A stretch of 64,000 bases of DNA from Harriotta raleighana (Eukaryota), in the NCBI GenBank assembly GCA_050575255.1, contig JBNZDD010013714.1:6978412-7042411 (forward strand), written 5' to 3'. Of this stretch, positions 13,570 to 26,658 are shown one piece after another. Each line of letters opens with the position of its first letter. Position 1 is the stretch's first letter. Position numbers and translations under genes: made by a program. The notes beneath the pieces are model-generated. The model saw only the letters and a program-made list of their open reading frames with translations. It was not told where the DNA came from and made no database searches.

Positions 13570-13668
13570 AGTTTCATACAGTTAATTCACTTTGTATTCT
13601 GTGAAGGGCTTGAAGATCGCTCGATGACTTAATGAGGAGCTATTTCAAATGCAAGGATTATTATTATT
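13570..13668 (+). mobile_element. SINE tail fragment
   Basis: ATACAGTTAATTCACTTTGTATTCTGTGAAG...GCTATTTCAAATGCAAGGATTATTATT. Confidence 0.75.
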
Positions 13669-13682
13669 ACTATTCTGCTCCC

Positions 13683-14248
13683 TTCTGCTAATCCTCTGCT
13701 TGTCGGCCTTCCCAATTCTCCTCCCTCCATAGGCTGAAGATCATCCAGAACTCTGGCCCATGTCCTCTGCAGCTCCAAGCTCTGCCACCCCTTCTCCCCC
13801 ATTCTCGCCCAACTTCATTGCTCCGCATCACTCAGACGATGAAATTCAAGATCCTCAAAGCCCTCCATAGCCTCGCCTACCCTACCTCTGAAACCTCCTA
13901 ACCCCCTACCAACCTTCCCGCTCGCTCCGTTCAGCGGGTTCCGGCTTATTCCATGTCCCCCGACCCACCTGCCCCAGAATCAGCAGGTGAGCCTTCAGCC
14001 ATTCTGCCTAACCTCTAAAATTCCATCCCTCAGTCCCTCCACCTCACCCCCCTCCCTCGCCTTCTTCAAGTCCCGCCTCAATACCCTCCTCTAGACCAGT
14101 CTAAAACAGGACATCCCAAATCCCCTTGTTTCCCTCCACCCTTCCAGATCCTGACCCCAGCTCAGGTCTGAAATATTGACTGTCTAGCGCCTTGGCACAT
14201 CCTCCTGATGTGAAAGACACTATACAAATGTAATTTTGTTGTTGTTGT
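13683..14248 (+). mobile_element. L2 LINE 3' fragment (decayed ORF2 C-terminus plus tail)
   Basis: C-rich sequence with broken motifs LLVGLP, LKIIQNS, KFKIL, KALHSLA, FSHSA, FFKSRLN. Tail AGCGCCTTGGCACATCCTCCTGATGTGAAAGACACTATACAAATGTAATTTTG(TTG)n. Confidence 0.85.
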
Positions 14249-14721
14249 AATTTAATTTGTCTTTTTGATCAAGCTGATCGAGGAGTTGTGAATATTTTAG
14301 TAATTTTGCAAATGACTCAGACAAAATGGTTTAATATATTTACAAATGTACATAATTTGAAACATTTATATGTTGATGTCATGAGCGAAATCAATGCATG
14401 CCTACCACATATCGCCTTCCCTTTAACAATAGTGTCACTCAATTGAATTGAATGGTACAAATATTGAAGTATAAGCAACACTTGCCAAATGTTTTTATCT
14501 TAATGCAGGATTTACAATTGCAAAGTGCTGTTTTTTTTCTTCATTTGACTATCTGTGTTTGCTGGAAATTAGGAAATACTTGTGTAAAATACAATTTATA
14601 TTTGTATCACACATTTTAAGTTGGGAGGACATGTCAAATGTTTGACAGTGCAGGATGATTTAGCAAAGTGAACGTTTGCAAAGATGGCTTTACTTGCATG
14701 TAACTGCAACGGCCCCACGCG

Positions 14722-14915
14722 CCTAGTAATAATCCCTCAAACAAAAATTGGTCGTTTCAATCCATGACTGTTTATCGGCCTCTGCTGTGCGCAATTGACT
14801 GCCACGTTTTGCCCACAAAAATACAGTCAATTCATTTTACAGTATATTCTGTGAAGCGCTTTGAGACGTCTAGATGATGTGAAAAGCGCTCTATCAAATG
14901 CAAAGATTATTACTA
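14722..14915 (+). mobile_element. Young SINE, 5'-truncated
   Basis: AATAATCCCTCAAA...AATTGGTCGTTTCAATCCATGACTG...GTGAAGCGCTTTGAGACGTCTAGATGATGTGAAAAGCGCTCTATCAAATGCAAAGATTATT. Confidence 0.9.
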
Positions 14916-17036
14916 TTAATATTATTGCGTCTGCATTTCCTTTCAATTTCACTTTCTGATCTTTAATCTTGTAGCAATTTGGTACAATAGCTTGGCACTT
15001 ATACTTTTTGTGTTTGTTTTGTACACAACTCTATTTCGCATCACCATAAATGACACTACCTGTATAGTAGGGTGGAGAATTGGAGACTTGGGCAGGTTTG
15101 AGTAATGTGTTCTTATTGCTTCTTTCATTCTCCCTGTTGAACATACCTTAACTATAACCAAAGAAAGAGAACACAGTGCAACTGGAGGGTGGGTATTGCT
15201 TGGGGAGGAGAAGAGAATTGAATTGTACTGAACCTGTTTGAATTGGCTCTGTATTATCAAAGGTCTGTAAGCTTTAATAACGTTCTGGGAACATATCTCA
15301 GGATAATCTCCCACTGGAGCAGCCTGTTTGTACACACTCTGCACAGAGTGTTGTAGGTAGGGAGTATTGTTTTTTTGGTTAAGACAGTTAGAGAAGGTAA
15401 AATGAAATGGCAGCAAATGTACACTGCGGGGTGTTGTCAGAGCATCAAAACAGATGGCGCGGCAGCCTGAGGTTTTCCTGAGGTCCTGCTGCAGGGAATG
15501 TAACACAACCTTGACAGAAATTCTTCATTTTCCAACAAAGCTCCCACCCTTTTCTCCATTCTGCCATTGTTTCACATTATCAACAGCCTTGAGCAATACT
15601 GCAAAGAGCTGCTGCAAAGATTAAGTGGTTGATCACGACACAAAATAGGATTGCAGATTGGAGCCACAACCTTGTTTATTGTCGTAGGTTTAAAATAACA
15701 GATTAGACTACATGAATAGAATTCTTCCAATTACAACCATCTCTGTGTGTATTAATAGAGTTGAATTGTGGTGAGTTGTACGACTGTGAGAGTGAAACAC
15801 AATGGTAATTTCCAGGAGAAACAAAAATGGGTCAAACCCATATAAAGGCAATGACTAGTTGAAATATGCAACAGAGAAAATATTGAGATGAATTTATAAA
15901 GAAGGCAGCTGGAACATACAAGTTCATTACTGATTCCCTTGTTTACACCCAGAATGATTGATATGCAGACTGCATCGTTTGAAGACCCTTTTAGGAATTG
16001 AATGCATTGTGGAGTTTCGTGTAAAAAGCTGACTCTGATCTGATCTACATTTTGAAGGTTAAAAAACATAAAAAAGGCCAATAATTCGGGAGCCTGTTTT
16101 ATTTTGAAACAGATGTTCTTTTCATTACCTACTGTAAGAATTTAGCAATGAGCATCCACAAAGGGTTAGATTCTTTGCGAAGCATCACCTTTCCATCCCT
16201 GAAGATGTGGATTAACCATTGAAAATTGGGGTTAATAGTTCTTAGAGACAAACAGACATGTCAAAGCTTTACCTGCACGGTTTCACTGATGACGGTTTGA
16301 TCAAATATTTAAGGTTAGATCACAAATTTCAGTGCAATTTGCTTTCAGTTCTTCTGTACACTGGAACTCTAATTAGCTGCCTGGAAGGAAAGCCATGTGT
16401 TCTTTGATTTGCTGAATTGGTTAGAAAGTTGTAGGTGAAATGCTGTGGTATCCTCTACTTGTTAAATCAATGCTGTGTCAAAACAACCACAGGGTTCTTT
16501 GTGTGCAGGTGGAATAATTGCTCCCTATGTACATGTCCTTTGGAAATGTGTGCTTGATACGTAGTAAAGCATGATGAGAGAGGTGGTGTAAAGCACTTGT
16601 GAGAGCTGCAGAGTTTTCTGATGTTCAGATTTCAAAAGACTAATGGCATAATGGCATGTGTATTATTATGCAGACACTACATTATATGTTTATGCATAAA
16701 CAGTCAAAATTTATATCTTTGCAATATTAAAATATTGTCATAATTTACAACAAATATATGGCTTTAATTTTATGAACCTTTATTCTTGAGAGCTCCACCA
16801 CTGAATTTTTTTCCATGTTTTGCTGAATATACTTCCCCCTATCGCACCACCTACTCACGTTAGGTGTTCAATGATACTTCATATAACATGAATTTTCAGT
16901 TGCATTTTAGAAATAGGTGTTACACATCATTTAAATTGTGTAAAAGAAACTCGTTGCCTATCTTGGGTGTTGACCAGAAAGTATGGTACAGGAGATTCAT
17001 CAGAAAGTGGGATTATCTAAATCAGTCGATAAGCAT

Positions 17037-17079
17037 TGTTATAGTGATAGTGATAGTGATAGTTATTGTTATAGTTATA
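17037..17079. repeat. Imperfect (GTGATA/GTTATA)n hexamer microsatellite
   Basis: TGTTATAGTGATAGTGATAGTGATAGTTATTGTTATAGTTATA. Confidence 0.85.
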
Positions 17080-17452
17080 TCTGGAGGACGTCTCAAAGCG
17101 CTTCACAGGATTTACTTTAAAGTGTAGGGATTGTAAATTGTTGGGGATTGTGGCAACTGATTTGTGCACAGAAATGTCCCACAAACAATCATGAAATCAA
17201 TTTTGATCCATTTTATTCGGGGGACTGTTGGACTGGACATTAGGGGAAACTCCCTTCTCATCATGCTAATGCATCTGGAAATGTCTATTTCAACAGGCAG
17301 ATTGGATCTCGTTTAATGTCTCGTTCAAAGGATGACACAGCATTGGCGCACTGCATTGGAGTGTCAGCCTAGATTATATATGTGCATCATCCCTATGTGG
17401 GGCTTGAACTCACAAGCTTTGGATGTAAATGGACAAATGCTTCCGCTGAGAA
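17080..17452 (-). mobile_element. Old Deu-domain SINE
   Basis: Tail GGACGTCTCAAAGCGCTTCACAG; core GGGAAACTCCC...ACAGGCAGATTGGATCTCGTTTAATGTCTCGTTCAAAGG...ACTGCATTGGAGTGTCAGCCTAGATTAT; head GGGGCTTGAACTCACAAGC. Confidence 0.75.
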
Positions 17453-17508
17453 AGACTGATACATATCCAAGTTCTCCTAACCCACTGTAGTGGACCATAT
17501 TTGTAACT

Positions 17509-17554
17509 CCCCCCCCCCNNNNNNNNNNNNNNNCCCCCCCCCCCCCCCCCCCCC
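17509..17554. other. Poly-C tract containing an assembly gap (N 17519-17533)
   Basis: C runs flank 15 Ns. Confidence 0.95.
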
Positions 17555-20274
17555 AACAGGAAGCAAGATGATGCCAATTTTTTAATAAATAAGAAGAGTG
17601 ATGATGTGAGCAGTGAAATCCTAAGTGGATTATATCTGGTCTGAGCTGTTTGAATGCTGCACACACTGAAGACCCATATGTACAATATATTTATGCAATG
17701 TATAATTAATGAAGGTTATTAACATTTGAAAAACATCACTTTAAATCAATGCCAAGCCTGCTTTGTATCCAGAATAATGCGGGTTTGCTGGCCAATTTCA
17801 ATAGGTGTAACGGCATTTGGGGCTTGGTGCTAGCAGTTTGTGAAGATTAGTGTTTCAAATGATCAGCACACCAGCAGAGCAACTCAAGAGTGCAATGCAT
17901 TCAAAATTAGTATAAAATGCTGTAACAAACCTTTTATTGAAATGTATCTTCTAGAAGTCCAAACAAAGACCTCATTATCAAGATCACTACTGCACCAACA
18001 TTGTAGGCAGGAGTGAGCCAAATGCAGAAGCATTTTGGACTGAGACTCTGCCGCCAAAAGTAATAGTTTTTTTATCAGTATAATAAATAATGAATAATAA
18101 TTTTCACATCTGCTTCACCTCATTTGCCTTCCAAATTCTGCCACACAGCTGACAGATAAAGGGGGAAATAAAATCAACCAGACAGAATTGGTTTAAACCA
18201 GGATGACTGTACTCCCACCACTGCTCCAGCAAACGGGATTGATGGAAAGATTTTCAGAGACGATTCCAGGAGGGCCACAGATATTAAATGAGGAAAAGCA
18301 GCCAATTATGCAAATGAAATGACATCATTTCAAATGTGTAACAATTTAGTATTTGAACCTTTTTATTTGCCCTGAAATGTAACTGGACAAGAGTCACATA
18401 GACAGACTAGCAGAAGTGTGAAAGCGAGTCAGGGAATGCAGATTACAATTGCTAATGTGTTCAGATCACACTCCTGCAGGGACATAGGCCCTGTCCGCAC
18501 TTGAAGGCCTGTTATTTCTATACTTAAATGTCAGGTTTGTATACCACTCAACCAACATATAAGCTTGAATCAGGTTTGCAGCAAAATTCCTCTTGGATTG
18601 CACAATCCTTCATTTGCTTCAATTCATGCCTCAGAATATCATTTGGTATTCTGAGGCTAAGGTATATATATATATTTAAAAATCCATATAACTCTCAACA
18701 ACAACAAATATATACACCGGTTGTTGCATTCAAAGAATAGAAATAAAGTTCAGCATTCAAATTAACTTTGAAAGCTATACTGTAGTTAGCAGCCCTGCTG
18801 AGATAATCTTGGTGCAGTCTAAAGATAAAAAGAGCAAAATCATCGGATCTAGATACTGTATTAGTGTAATGAAGCCAAAGATTTAGATGGTAGAATACTC
18901 AGGCTTGGCTGATATTACTTCACTAGATTGTTGTAAACTGAGAGGGTGGGAAGTTTAGAGTGTGAAATAATTATTTACTTTTTAATTTACACAGTGTTGA
19001 TTTCTATGAAATCATGGCTAGACAATTATCCTACACGCTGATATTTTGTGTAGACATTGGCAACCAAAAGGGGATTAATTTAATGGGAGAGGCTCAGGTG
19101 GTGCAGGATAGAGAACTACAAATACATATTTTATGTGCACAAATCTAATTCATATCAAACAATAAAGGGAATAATATATATGCGGAATGTGAATTGGGGA
19201 TGAATGGATCTACATCCAGATAATTATATGTGGCTGACAACCAATCCATTGGGTGTATATCATAGTACGTGTACTGTATGTTGGATAGTTTTTTTTGAAT
19301 TCCTGGATATTTGCACTTTATCGTCATACTAGAAAATGCAGGAGATTGTGAGCTCTCAAACTCCAGGTTTGACACCAAATTGACTTGATTCCTTCCATCT
19401 TAATAAAATGTCCTCAAACATATATCTGTCCTCTTACTCCCTGTACCACATTTTACATCTGGTTGGTTTCCTGCAAATACAAAGTCACTCATCCCTCACA
19501 CTGTCACCACTCGGAACAGGTGACTTTATAATTACTGTATTGGGTACCCACAGAAAACTCTTGTCTGATGAATCAAAAAGTGCTACATTTATTTAATGGC
19601 AGATTAATATTATTGACATAACAGAATTAGATAAATGAACTGGAACCCAAATTGTATCAAAGAACAGCTGCTAAAACAACTGTCAGTATATGTAATTTGC
19701 ACTCTTTTTATTGCTAATTAGACCGATTTCAGTGCATTCCGCATTTAGTCAGTAAACTTTAGTCATTGCACATTGTTCATCATTCATACTGGATTTGGCT
19801 TCTTCTTTGAATAAAGTTGATCGTTCCAAGTGAGCAGAGATCAATTTACCGCTAAAACGGATTCAATCTTTGGTTGGCAAAGGTAGGGGAAGGTTGTCAA
19901 CCTATCTGACATGTCAATTAGTTAATTTTAAATAATGAAATTTCCCAATATTTTAAAAACAGTATAAATACCTCTGTCATTTTTAGGCTATTGGTAGGCA
20001 TAAATATGTCATACACATGGTTTGTCGTGTAATTGGTATTTATCTTGTTAATGAATAATAGCCAGTTTGTTGATTTAGCATGCTGTTAAATCAGTCAAAG
20101 TGAAGTTTAGTTATTAATTGATCAACCAATCATTGACTAAGCAGATTTTTTTCATGCACTTGCCAATTTGTCATTTTGATAAGAAAAGTTGTGCTTTTTT
20201 TTACTGATCATTTGAAACATCGACACTTGCAACTTTTGATCAGAGATTCTTGAGGGTGTTGATACAATCCAATC

Positions 20275-20330
20275 TAATTTACATTGACATCATGCCTTTT
20301 ACATTGGGAGGATGTCTTAAAGTGCTTCAC
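20275..20330 (-). mobile_element. L2 tail remnant
   Basis: ATGCCTTTTACATTGGGAGGATGTCTTAAAGTGCTTCAC. Confidence 0.6.
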
Positions 20331-20485
20331 ACAGAATGAAAGCATGATGAAAAGGTTAGTCTGAAGGCAGGCTTCAGAGGAGGAATTAATCAGAAAAACT
20401 GAAAAGCTATTGTCCGTTGTATTTCTCATTTTCACTCCATTGTTTATATTTGAAATATTTGCAATTCTTTCCCTTTATAATACAG

Positions 20486-20546
20486 TAATAATAATCCTTA
20501 CGTTAACATAGCACTTTCCACATCTTATCGACGTCTCAAAGTGCTT
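20486..20546 (-). mobile_element. SINE tail fragment flanked by a 23-bp direct repeat
   Basis: AATAATAATCCTTACG...CACATCTTATCGACGTCTCAAAGTGCTT; flanks 20456-20478 and 20549-20571 match at 22/23. Confidence 0.8.
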
Positions 20547-21049
20547 ATTATTTGTAATTCTTTCCCTTTATGCTTAACAACACTTTATTTCTTCAAGGCA
20601 CAAGAATTTCATGCTATAAATTTAGAGAATCTGTGATGTTGTGAAGCCACAAGTGACAATCAGATTTCTCACGAATTGGCCTCGTCACATTTCTGCATCT
20701 GCCTTTTATTTTAACTGGATTTTTCTTACACAGCTAAAATGGGCACACACAGCACTCATTAAAACTAGTGACTTTTGTGTGCTGCTGATCAATTTACTCA
20801 CTTTTCTTTTACATTTGAGATATTTAAGTAAGTACCACTATCATGACTGAAAAGATGAGAGTGAACGAGAGAGTGTAACACAGTGACATACTGTATATAG
20901 CATCTTCTGCAAGGAAATATCCAGCTAATCTATTGCATATACACATGAATGTCCAATTATTCTATTGGCTTGTTCTGGAGAGCCAGGTGTTTACATGTGG
21001 ATATCCATCAAGTAAACAATCTGGACTCAAAGTTCCACATGTATAAGCA

Positions 21050-21093
21050 TGAGAGTGCCATATCAATGCAAGTTTTTGTTGTTGTTGTTGTTG
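21050..21093 (+). mobile_element. L2 tail remnant with (TTG)n
   Basis: GAGAGTGCCATATCAATGCAAGTTTTTGTTGTTGTTGTTGTTG. Confidence 0.55.
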
Positions 21094-22009
21094 GTATTTG
21101 TTAGAAATTCTGTCTGTACATGTCTGGTAATATAGCCTTTGCAAAAACCTAGATTATTGCCTATTGTTCCACACAATGAATTCAAAAATTTTCAGGTGGT
21201 ATTAAACAACGTTTGATATTCGGTCAGAATGCAATAGAGATAAATCCACTTGCAAAACTTAAATGCTGATGACTGTGTAGAGTGAGAGAGGCGGACGCAG
21301 CAGGCTCAGTACATCGACGTATGGATAAAGTAATTTTTCCAGCCATCTGACAGATTGGTTCTGAAGCAGGCACTCTATCTTGAGACAAACAGAGCATGGA
21401 GTTAAATGGCAGATCCCAGTGGAGTCATTATAGCCTCCCCATTCACAGAGACTCCTATTAGTCTGTATGGGATTCACATATTCTGAAATGCTTCTAGCAG
21501 TTTTTAAGAAGCAGAGGATTTGTTATTCTGTCTTGCTCTAAGAGGAATTTGTAATGCTCCTAACTGATCGAGTTCATTGAGTTAAGCAGCTTTTCTATGT
21601 TCAATAGCCTTGAGCTAGGACTGGCTACGTCCAATTGGTGCTATGGAGTCTTAAAGTGTTGTATTCCTTGAGAACTTGCAAGTAAAAATGATTGATACAT
21701 GACGATTTGCAATTGGTGGTGGGATTTTTTTCATAAAGTAGGTGTCAATTTATAAATATCTTTACCTCACTCACCCATCGCAGTGATCAGAATTTTCTAG
21801 GTGAACTTTGCCTTCTGACATTTTGTTGCCAGCCATGCTTGACGAGCCCATTGGGTTCAGTTTTGCAGCAAGTATATGTGTTATTAAAGGTGTTTTACAT
21901 TCTATATATCCTTGATTCTTCACTCTCATATTTGTAGATTTTGTCAGGTCACTCACCTCTCTGAAGAGCTGGGCAGACAGTCTGCTTTCACGTGGCTATT
22001 TTATTGCTA

Positions 22010-22210
22010 CCGAAACTCTGGAACAGTCTTCCTCTCTCTCTCCGCCTTGCCCCTTCCTTCCCCATTTTCAAGCCGAAGACCTTCCTATTTGGCAGCGCTT
22101 AGAGTTACATCCCCCTCTCCACTGTCTTGGAGTCATGCTCCATCACTGTCAAGCGCTCTGGGAATCTACACTGTGTGAGGAGCACTATATAAATATAAGT
22201 TGTTGTTGTT
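22010..22210 (+). mobile_element. L2 LINE 3' fragment (second tail type)
   Basis: CTCTGGAACAGTCTTCCT encodes LWNSLP, followed by KTFLF. Tail AAGCGCTCTGGGA...GGAGCACTATATAAATATAAGTTGTTG. Confidence 0.8.
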
Positions 22211-22671
22211 ATGCCTTATTTAGCTGGCTGACATGAATCATACAGGAGTGGCCTGGTGAGGACAACTTGATCATGTTGTTACCTGTGTGGGAAGAGTCCT
22301 TGTGCTTGTCCCCATACAGTACAATGTGGCTGAAATAGTGGGGACTGAACCTTCATCCTCCTTTGGTATGATGCTGGATGTTGTTCTTACAACAACCCTT
22401 TTTTTTTCTGCAAAAAATGCTTACTTTGGTGTGAGCATTTTTGCTTTGAATAAAAATACCCTACCAAGGTCAAAGTCAGGGATCAATTGAGCAAGATCCC
22501 AGACAATCCTCCATTGTCTTTTCCCCACAGCCCTTCAGCCCCATAAAGAGACATCTCAGAGACAGTATACAGATGTAGATAAGATTTTCTATCGATCCGA
22601 AAGAGCAAACCCCAAAAAATGTTTTCAGATACGCTAAGACAACAGAATTATGTGGGTATATGTTCAGGATT

Positions 22672-22855
22672 ACAGAGAACAATTTCAGAAGAGCCACCAG
22701 GAAATATTTCTTTATTCAAAGGGTAATTCACAACTTGAACCTATGACGAGAAAGGGGATTGTATATTTAAGAAACAGCTTGTTGCTATGATGGAAAGATA
22801 GTAGGGTAGATATTCTGGAAGGATGAGATCAAATAGGCCGGGCGGCCTTCTTCAT
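22672..22855 (+). mobile_element. Old CR1 LINE 3' fragment
   Basis: AGGAAATATTTCTTTATTCAAAGGGTA encodes RKYFFIQRV (CR1 ORF2 end motif), then ATTTAAGAAACAGCTTG and a tail-like ATAGGCCGGGCGGCCTTCTTC. Confidence 0.55.
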
Positions 22856-23854
22856 ATGAATCAATCTTGTGATATATCTGTCACCAGTATAGCACCATCA
22901 CTGGGAAAGGAAAAACTGAATGACAGGCCAATATTACAGTCAGCTCACTTCCTTGTCAATCCCTTAATGAGTGGGAGCTGTGGTGATATTGGTGCAAAGC
23001 AACTGAACATCAGGAGTTAATTTTGTGGTAGCACTAATTGTACCCATGCCTTTTATTATCTGGCTAGATCTTATTCTTTATAAATGCCTCACAGTGATCT
23101 CTTGTATGTGTGAATGTCGATGTGTGTGGATAAATAAATAATAGTTCAGGGTAGAACTTGGCAGCTTCACTAATCCATTCTCCCATGTTGCATACATTGA
23201 GCCTGGATCATTGAAGTAAATTTCATCCACATGAAGGTTTTAATATAAGAACTCTCTAGAGAACTTTAAACGGCTCACTCCATGAAAGCTAAGCTAAATA
23301 AACGTTCACAGAGTATATTAGTTATTCGTGAGATAATCTTAGTCTCGCTACTAGAAAAACGTTTAGTTAAATGAGAACTTGAACTGAATTTAAAGGCTCA
23401 TAATTCCAGTCCTCTGCCCTGAAGCAAAAATTCATACTGATATACGCAACATTTCTCCCAAGGCACATGAGAAGACTGAAACAGTAAAGTTTTAAAAATT
23501 AAAAGAAATTCTTGATATCAAAATTCCATGATATTGATAGGTACTGTTTATTTTTGGTATAAAATGGGCTTGTACAGAAATCCATGCTAGCAATTACAAG
23601 TTCTATATCTGTGATGGTATCATTTATTGGTTCATTCTCATGGATTTTGCAATAGTCATATTGATTTAAATAGTCATATTAGCATTTACCATGAATGAAG
23701 TTCATAAGGACTTGAAACTATTGTAAATCAATATTGATTTCATAACTAGCAGATTCAATAACATGTTGTACTGAAAACTATATGATGGTAAGTTTTAAAA
23801 TGGGGCTGAGGAGACTGTTCGATTCAACTGACGAAATATCTAAATTTACTGTTG

Positions 23855-24070
23855 CTTAAACATATCTTTTACCCTGGCGTGAAGGGCGCTATATAAATCC
23901 AAGTTGTTGATGTTGTTGTTGTGTTTGGATGATTTTAAACATACCCTTTTACTCTGGCATGGAGGGTGCTATATAAATCCAAGTTGTTGTTGTGTTTGGA
24001 TGATTTTAAAAATAAATCCAAGTTGTTGTTGTTGTTGTGTTTGGATGATTTAAAAATATATATATCCAAC
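23855..24070 (+). repeat. Tandemly triplicated L2 tail plus flank
   Basis: ATAAATCCAAGTTGTTG...TGTGTTTGGATGATTTTAAA occurs three times. The first two copies also include CTGGCRTGRAGGGYGCTAT. Confidence 0.85.
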
Positions 24071-25349
24071 ACTATGCAATTAATTTTTTTCTAGTTCCAC
24101 TTCATTGCGCTACAAAGATGATCAGAATTTATTCACTCTTCTTTGAAGCCTGTTTTGTTTCTTTCTTTACAGTCCGGATGGCACCAAACCCTTCTAAGCT
24201 TCTGAGTTTGCAGATATTGTTTGCATTGTATCTTCCTGAGAAAGTATGAGTTTGCAATGCAACATCTGATGTCATTGTTATATATAAATGTCATGAGGAA
24301 ACTTAAATGTTTTTGCCATTTATTTTGCGATCAGCAGTCCAAACATGTTTTTTTTAATGTTTCTTTAATTAGTTAATTACTTAACCCAACTTTTCTCAAA
24401 CATTATAACAATGTTACTTTGAAATCTTTGGACCATCTACATTTTGAATTTTGTTTTTGATTTTTTTTAACTGAGATCCTGAAAAATCAACAGTTGTTGG
24501 TAACTGGCTTAAAGAAAGCTCTAAAGAAATCTAAAATCAGAAATTTTAATGCTGGGTTTAAAAATGTGATTTTTTTCCCCCCAGAATTCCAACAATAAAA
24601 GGAAAGAATGTCCTCTCTTTAGTTGCTCAGAATGTTATCTATCTCCTAAAGCAAATATATTGCCTTGTTCCAACTAAATGTATTCCATATTATATTTTAT
24701 GCCCTAATAGAGCACAGGTGTCCTTTGTTCAAGCAATGAAAGTCAATATGAAGTGACCAGAATGAGGAAGATAGTAATATCAATGTAAATTTGGGGTGTT
24801 CATGTCAGACATCTGTTTATGCCAATCTATTTGTTTCAGAGGCTGATTGACTTGTTGATTTCCAGCATTTTCTGATTCATTCTTATTTGTATTATATCAT
24901 TGCCCTATTGTGAATTACAGTATTGATATCATGTTGTAGCTGAAGAAATACAATATTAAGAAAAAAAGATTCATGTTCATACAGAAAATGGAAGCTGGAC
25001 AAATTACAGGATAAAAGAAAGTTGTGTTTTTTCAAAAAAAGAAATTTAGTGTTGAATTGCCAATGTGATAATCGAAGTGAGATGTGAACTGGTGTTGGTA
25101 TTTTATTTCATCAAGTATTCTATTTCATCTCATCACTTCATACAAGCTGTTGTTGCAAAACTAGTTAGTCAACTGATAAAGAACATGTAATGCTGTAATG
25201 ATTCCTTTACATTTCATCCCATCAGACTTCACTTGAATTTAGTTAGTAAAGGAGAGTTTTCATATTTAGACTTCAAAATTCCAAAGTACAGAGTAAAACT
25301 GAAATTCCGCTTTGGCAGTATGTTGTGTTGGAATGGAATTCCCACAGGT

Positions 25350-25421
25350 CAACAACAACAACAACAACAAAATTACATTTATAGAGCGCGTTTCACGTCA
25401 GGAGGATGTCCCAAGGCGCTG
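25350..25421 (-). mobile_element. Young L2 tail
   Basis: (CAA)n AATTACATTTATAGAGCGCGTTTCACGTCAGGAGGATGTCCCAAGGCGCTG; nearly identical to 29269-29340. Confidence 0.9.
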
Positions 25422-26658
25422 AGTGATGTGCTTTGTCTCATTAGAAATCCCTGCACATTGTACCTGATTAATGCATGATATACCATTTCCATTCATTGAA
25501 GTGAGATATGGAAACCACAGGCCAATAGCTAGCCTATCTAGTTAGCTTAGAGCAATGCAGGACTTTGATTTCAAGTATCTTGAGGGAATATAAATCAGTC
25601 CAATTTCTCTGCCTTCACAACTATTGTTTTGCATCAATTCATTCACTTGCACAATCATGCATGTGCACAAAGATACCGATATGAACATTGTCACTATGAC
25701 TTCTTTCAAATCAAAGGAATAAATAACTATGAAGTGTGGACAACACAAGGACGTTCTTTACATTTTTTGAAGAGAGCGATGAATGCTGTTTTATGTTTGA
25801 ATGGTCCAAGGTGATGGTAGTGTCACATTTTTCCAATAGTTGCTATGGTTGCACTTGTGTAGTGTGCTCTTATAGCATAAGTTATTTAATATTAAGCATT
25901 TGGAGTACAATAGTCTATTCAGATTTCTCAGTGAAAGGTTGCTTAGAAGAACTGTTCAGGAACTACTTTGTGTTAGTGTCGTGCAAATTATTTTACTGGA
26001 GGCAACAGGGCACATTTGTATGAAAATTACAAACGTCAAGGTTGAATTACTGGTTCAATGTAATTGTACTTCATTGCTTTTAGGAGTCCTTGTAAAACCC
26101 TCTAATTTTTATATCCAATTCCCTGGAATTTGGCTTCCTGATCCCACCACACTCTTCGTTTAACTTCTGATAGCAGAAATGTCACAAACAATTAATTATT
26201 GAAACCAACCATGCTTTATAACAGCCTTGCATTCCAATATAATTCTAGCAAAACTGCTGTTATTACCCTTTTTGAAAAAAACATCAACCTATTTGTTTTT
26301 TCATACTGTTGCCCTGAATCACTTTATACTCATTGAGGAGGTCTTTAAATTTTTATGAATAACCATCTTCACTATATTTGTTGCAAAGATTCTCTAAAGC
26401 TATGAACCACAAACAAGCTCTCAAGAACACAAAACAGTCAATCTATTGAAATAACAAATAATGGTTTAAACGCATTTGATGTGGAATAATTGGAATACAT
26501 TATGGAACACCATAAATCTCAACCCATTCCTCTAAATCATTGTGGGACGTCAGTGGATTTGGAAATGCTTTCATTGTACTTTGCAGTGCTTTGCAGTTCT
26601 CGTATTGAAGTATTAAATAACAGGGTTAAAGAACCTTCCAAAGTCAGAGAAAAGGATA

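Noticed and set aside
14949-15506. 185-aa minus-strand ORF
   Set aside because: Non-ATG start, no recognisable domain and no convincing exon structure; compatible with chance.
23855-24070. CRISPR-like repeat array
   Set aside because: Vertebrate context, units derive from an L2 tail, and there are no unique spacers or cas genes.
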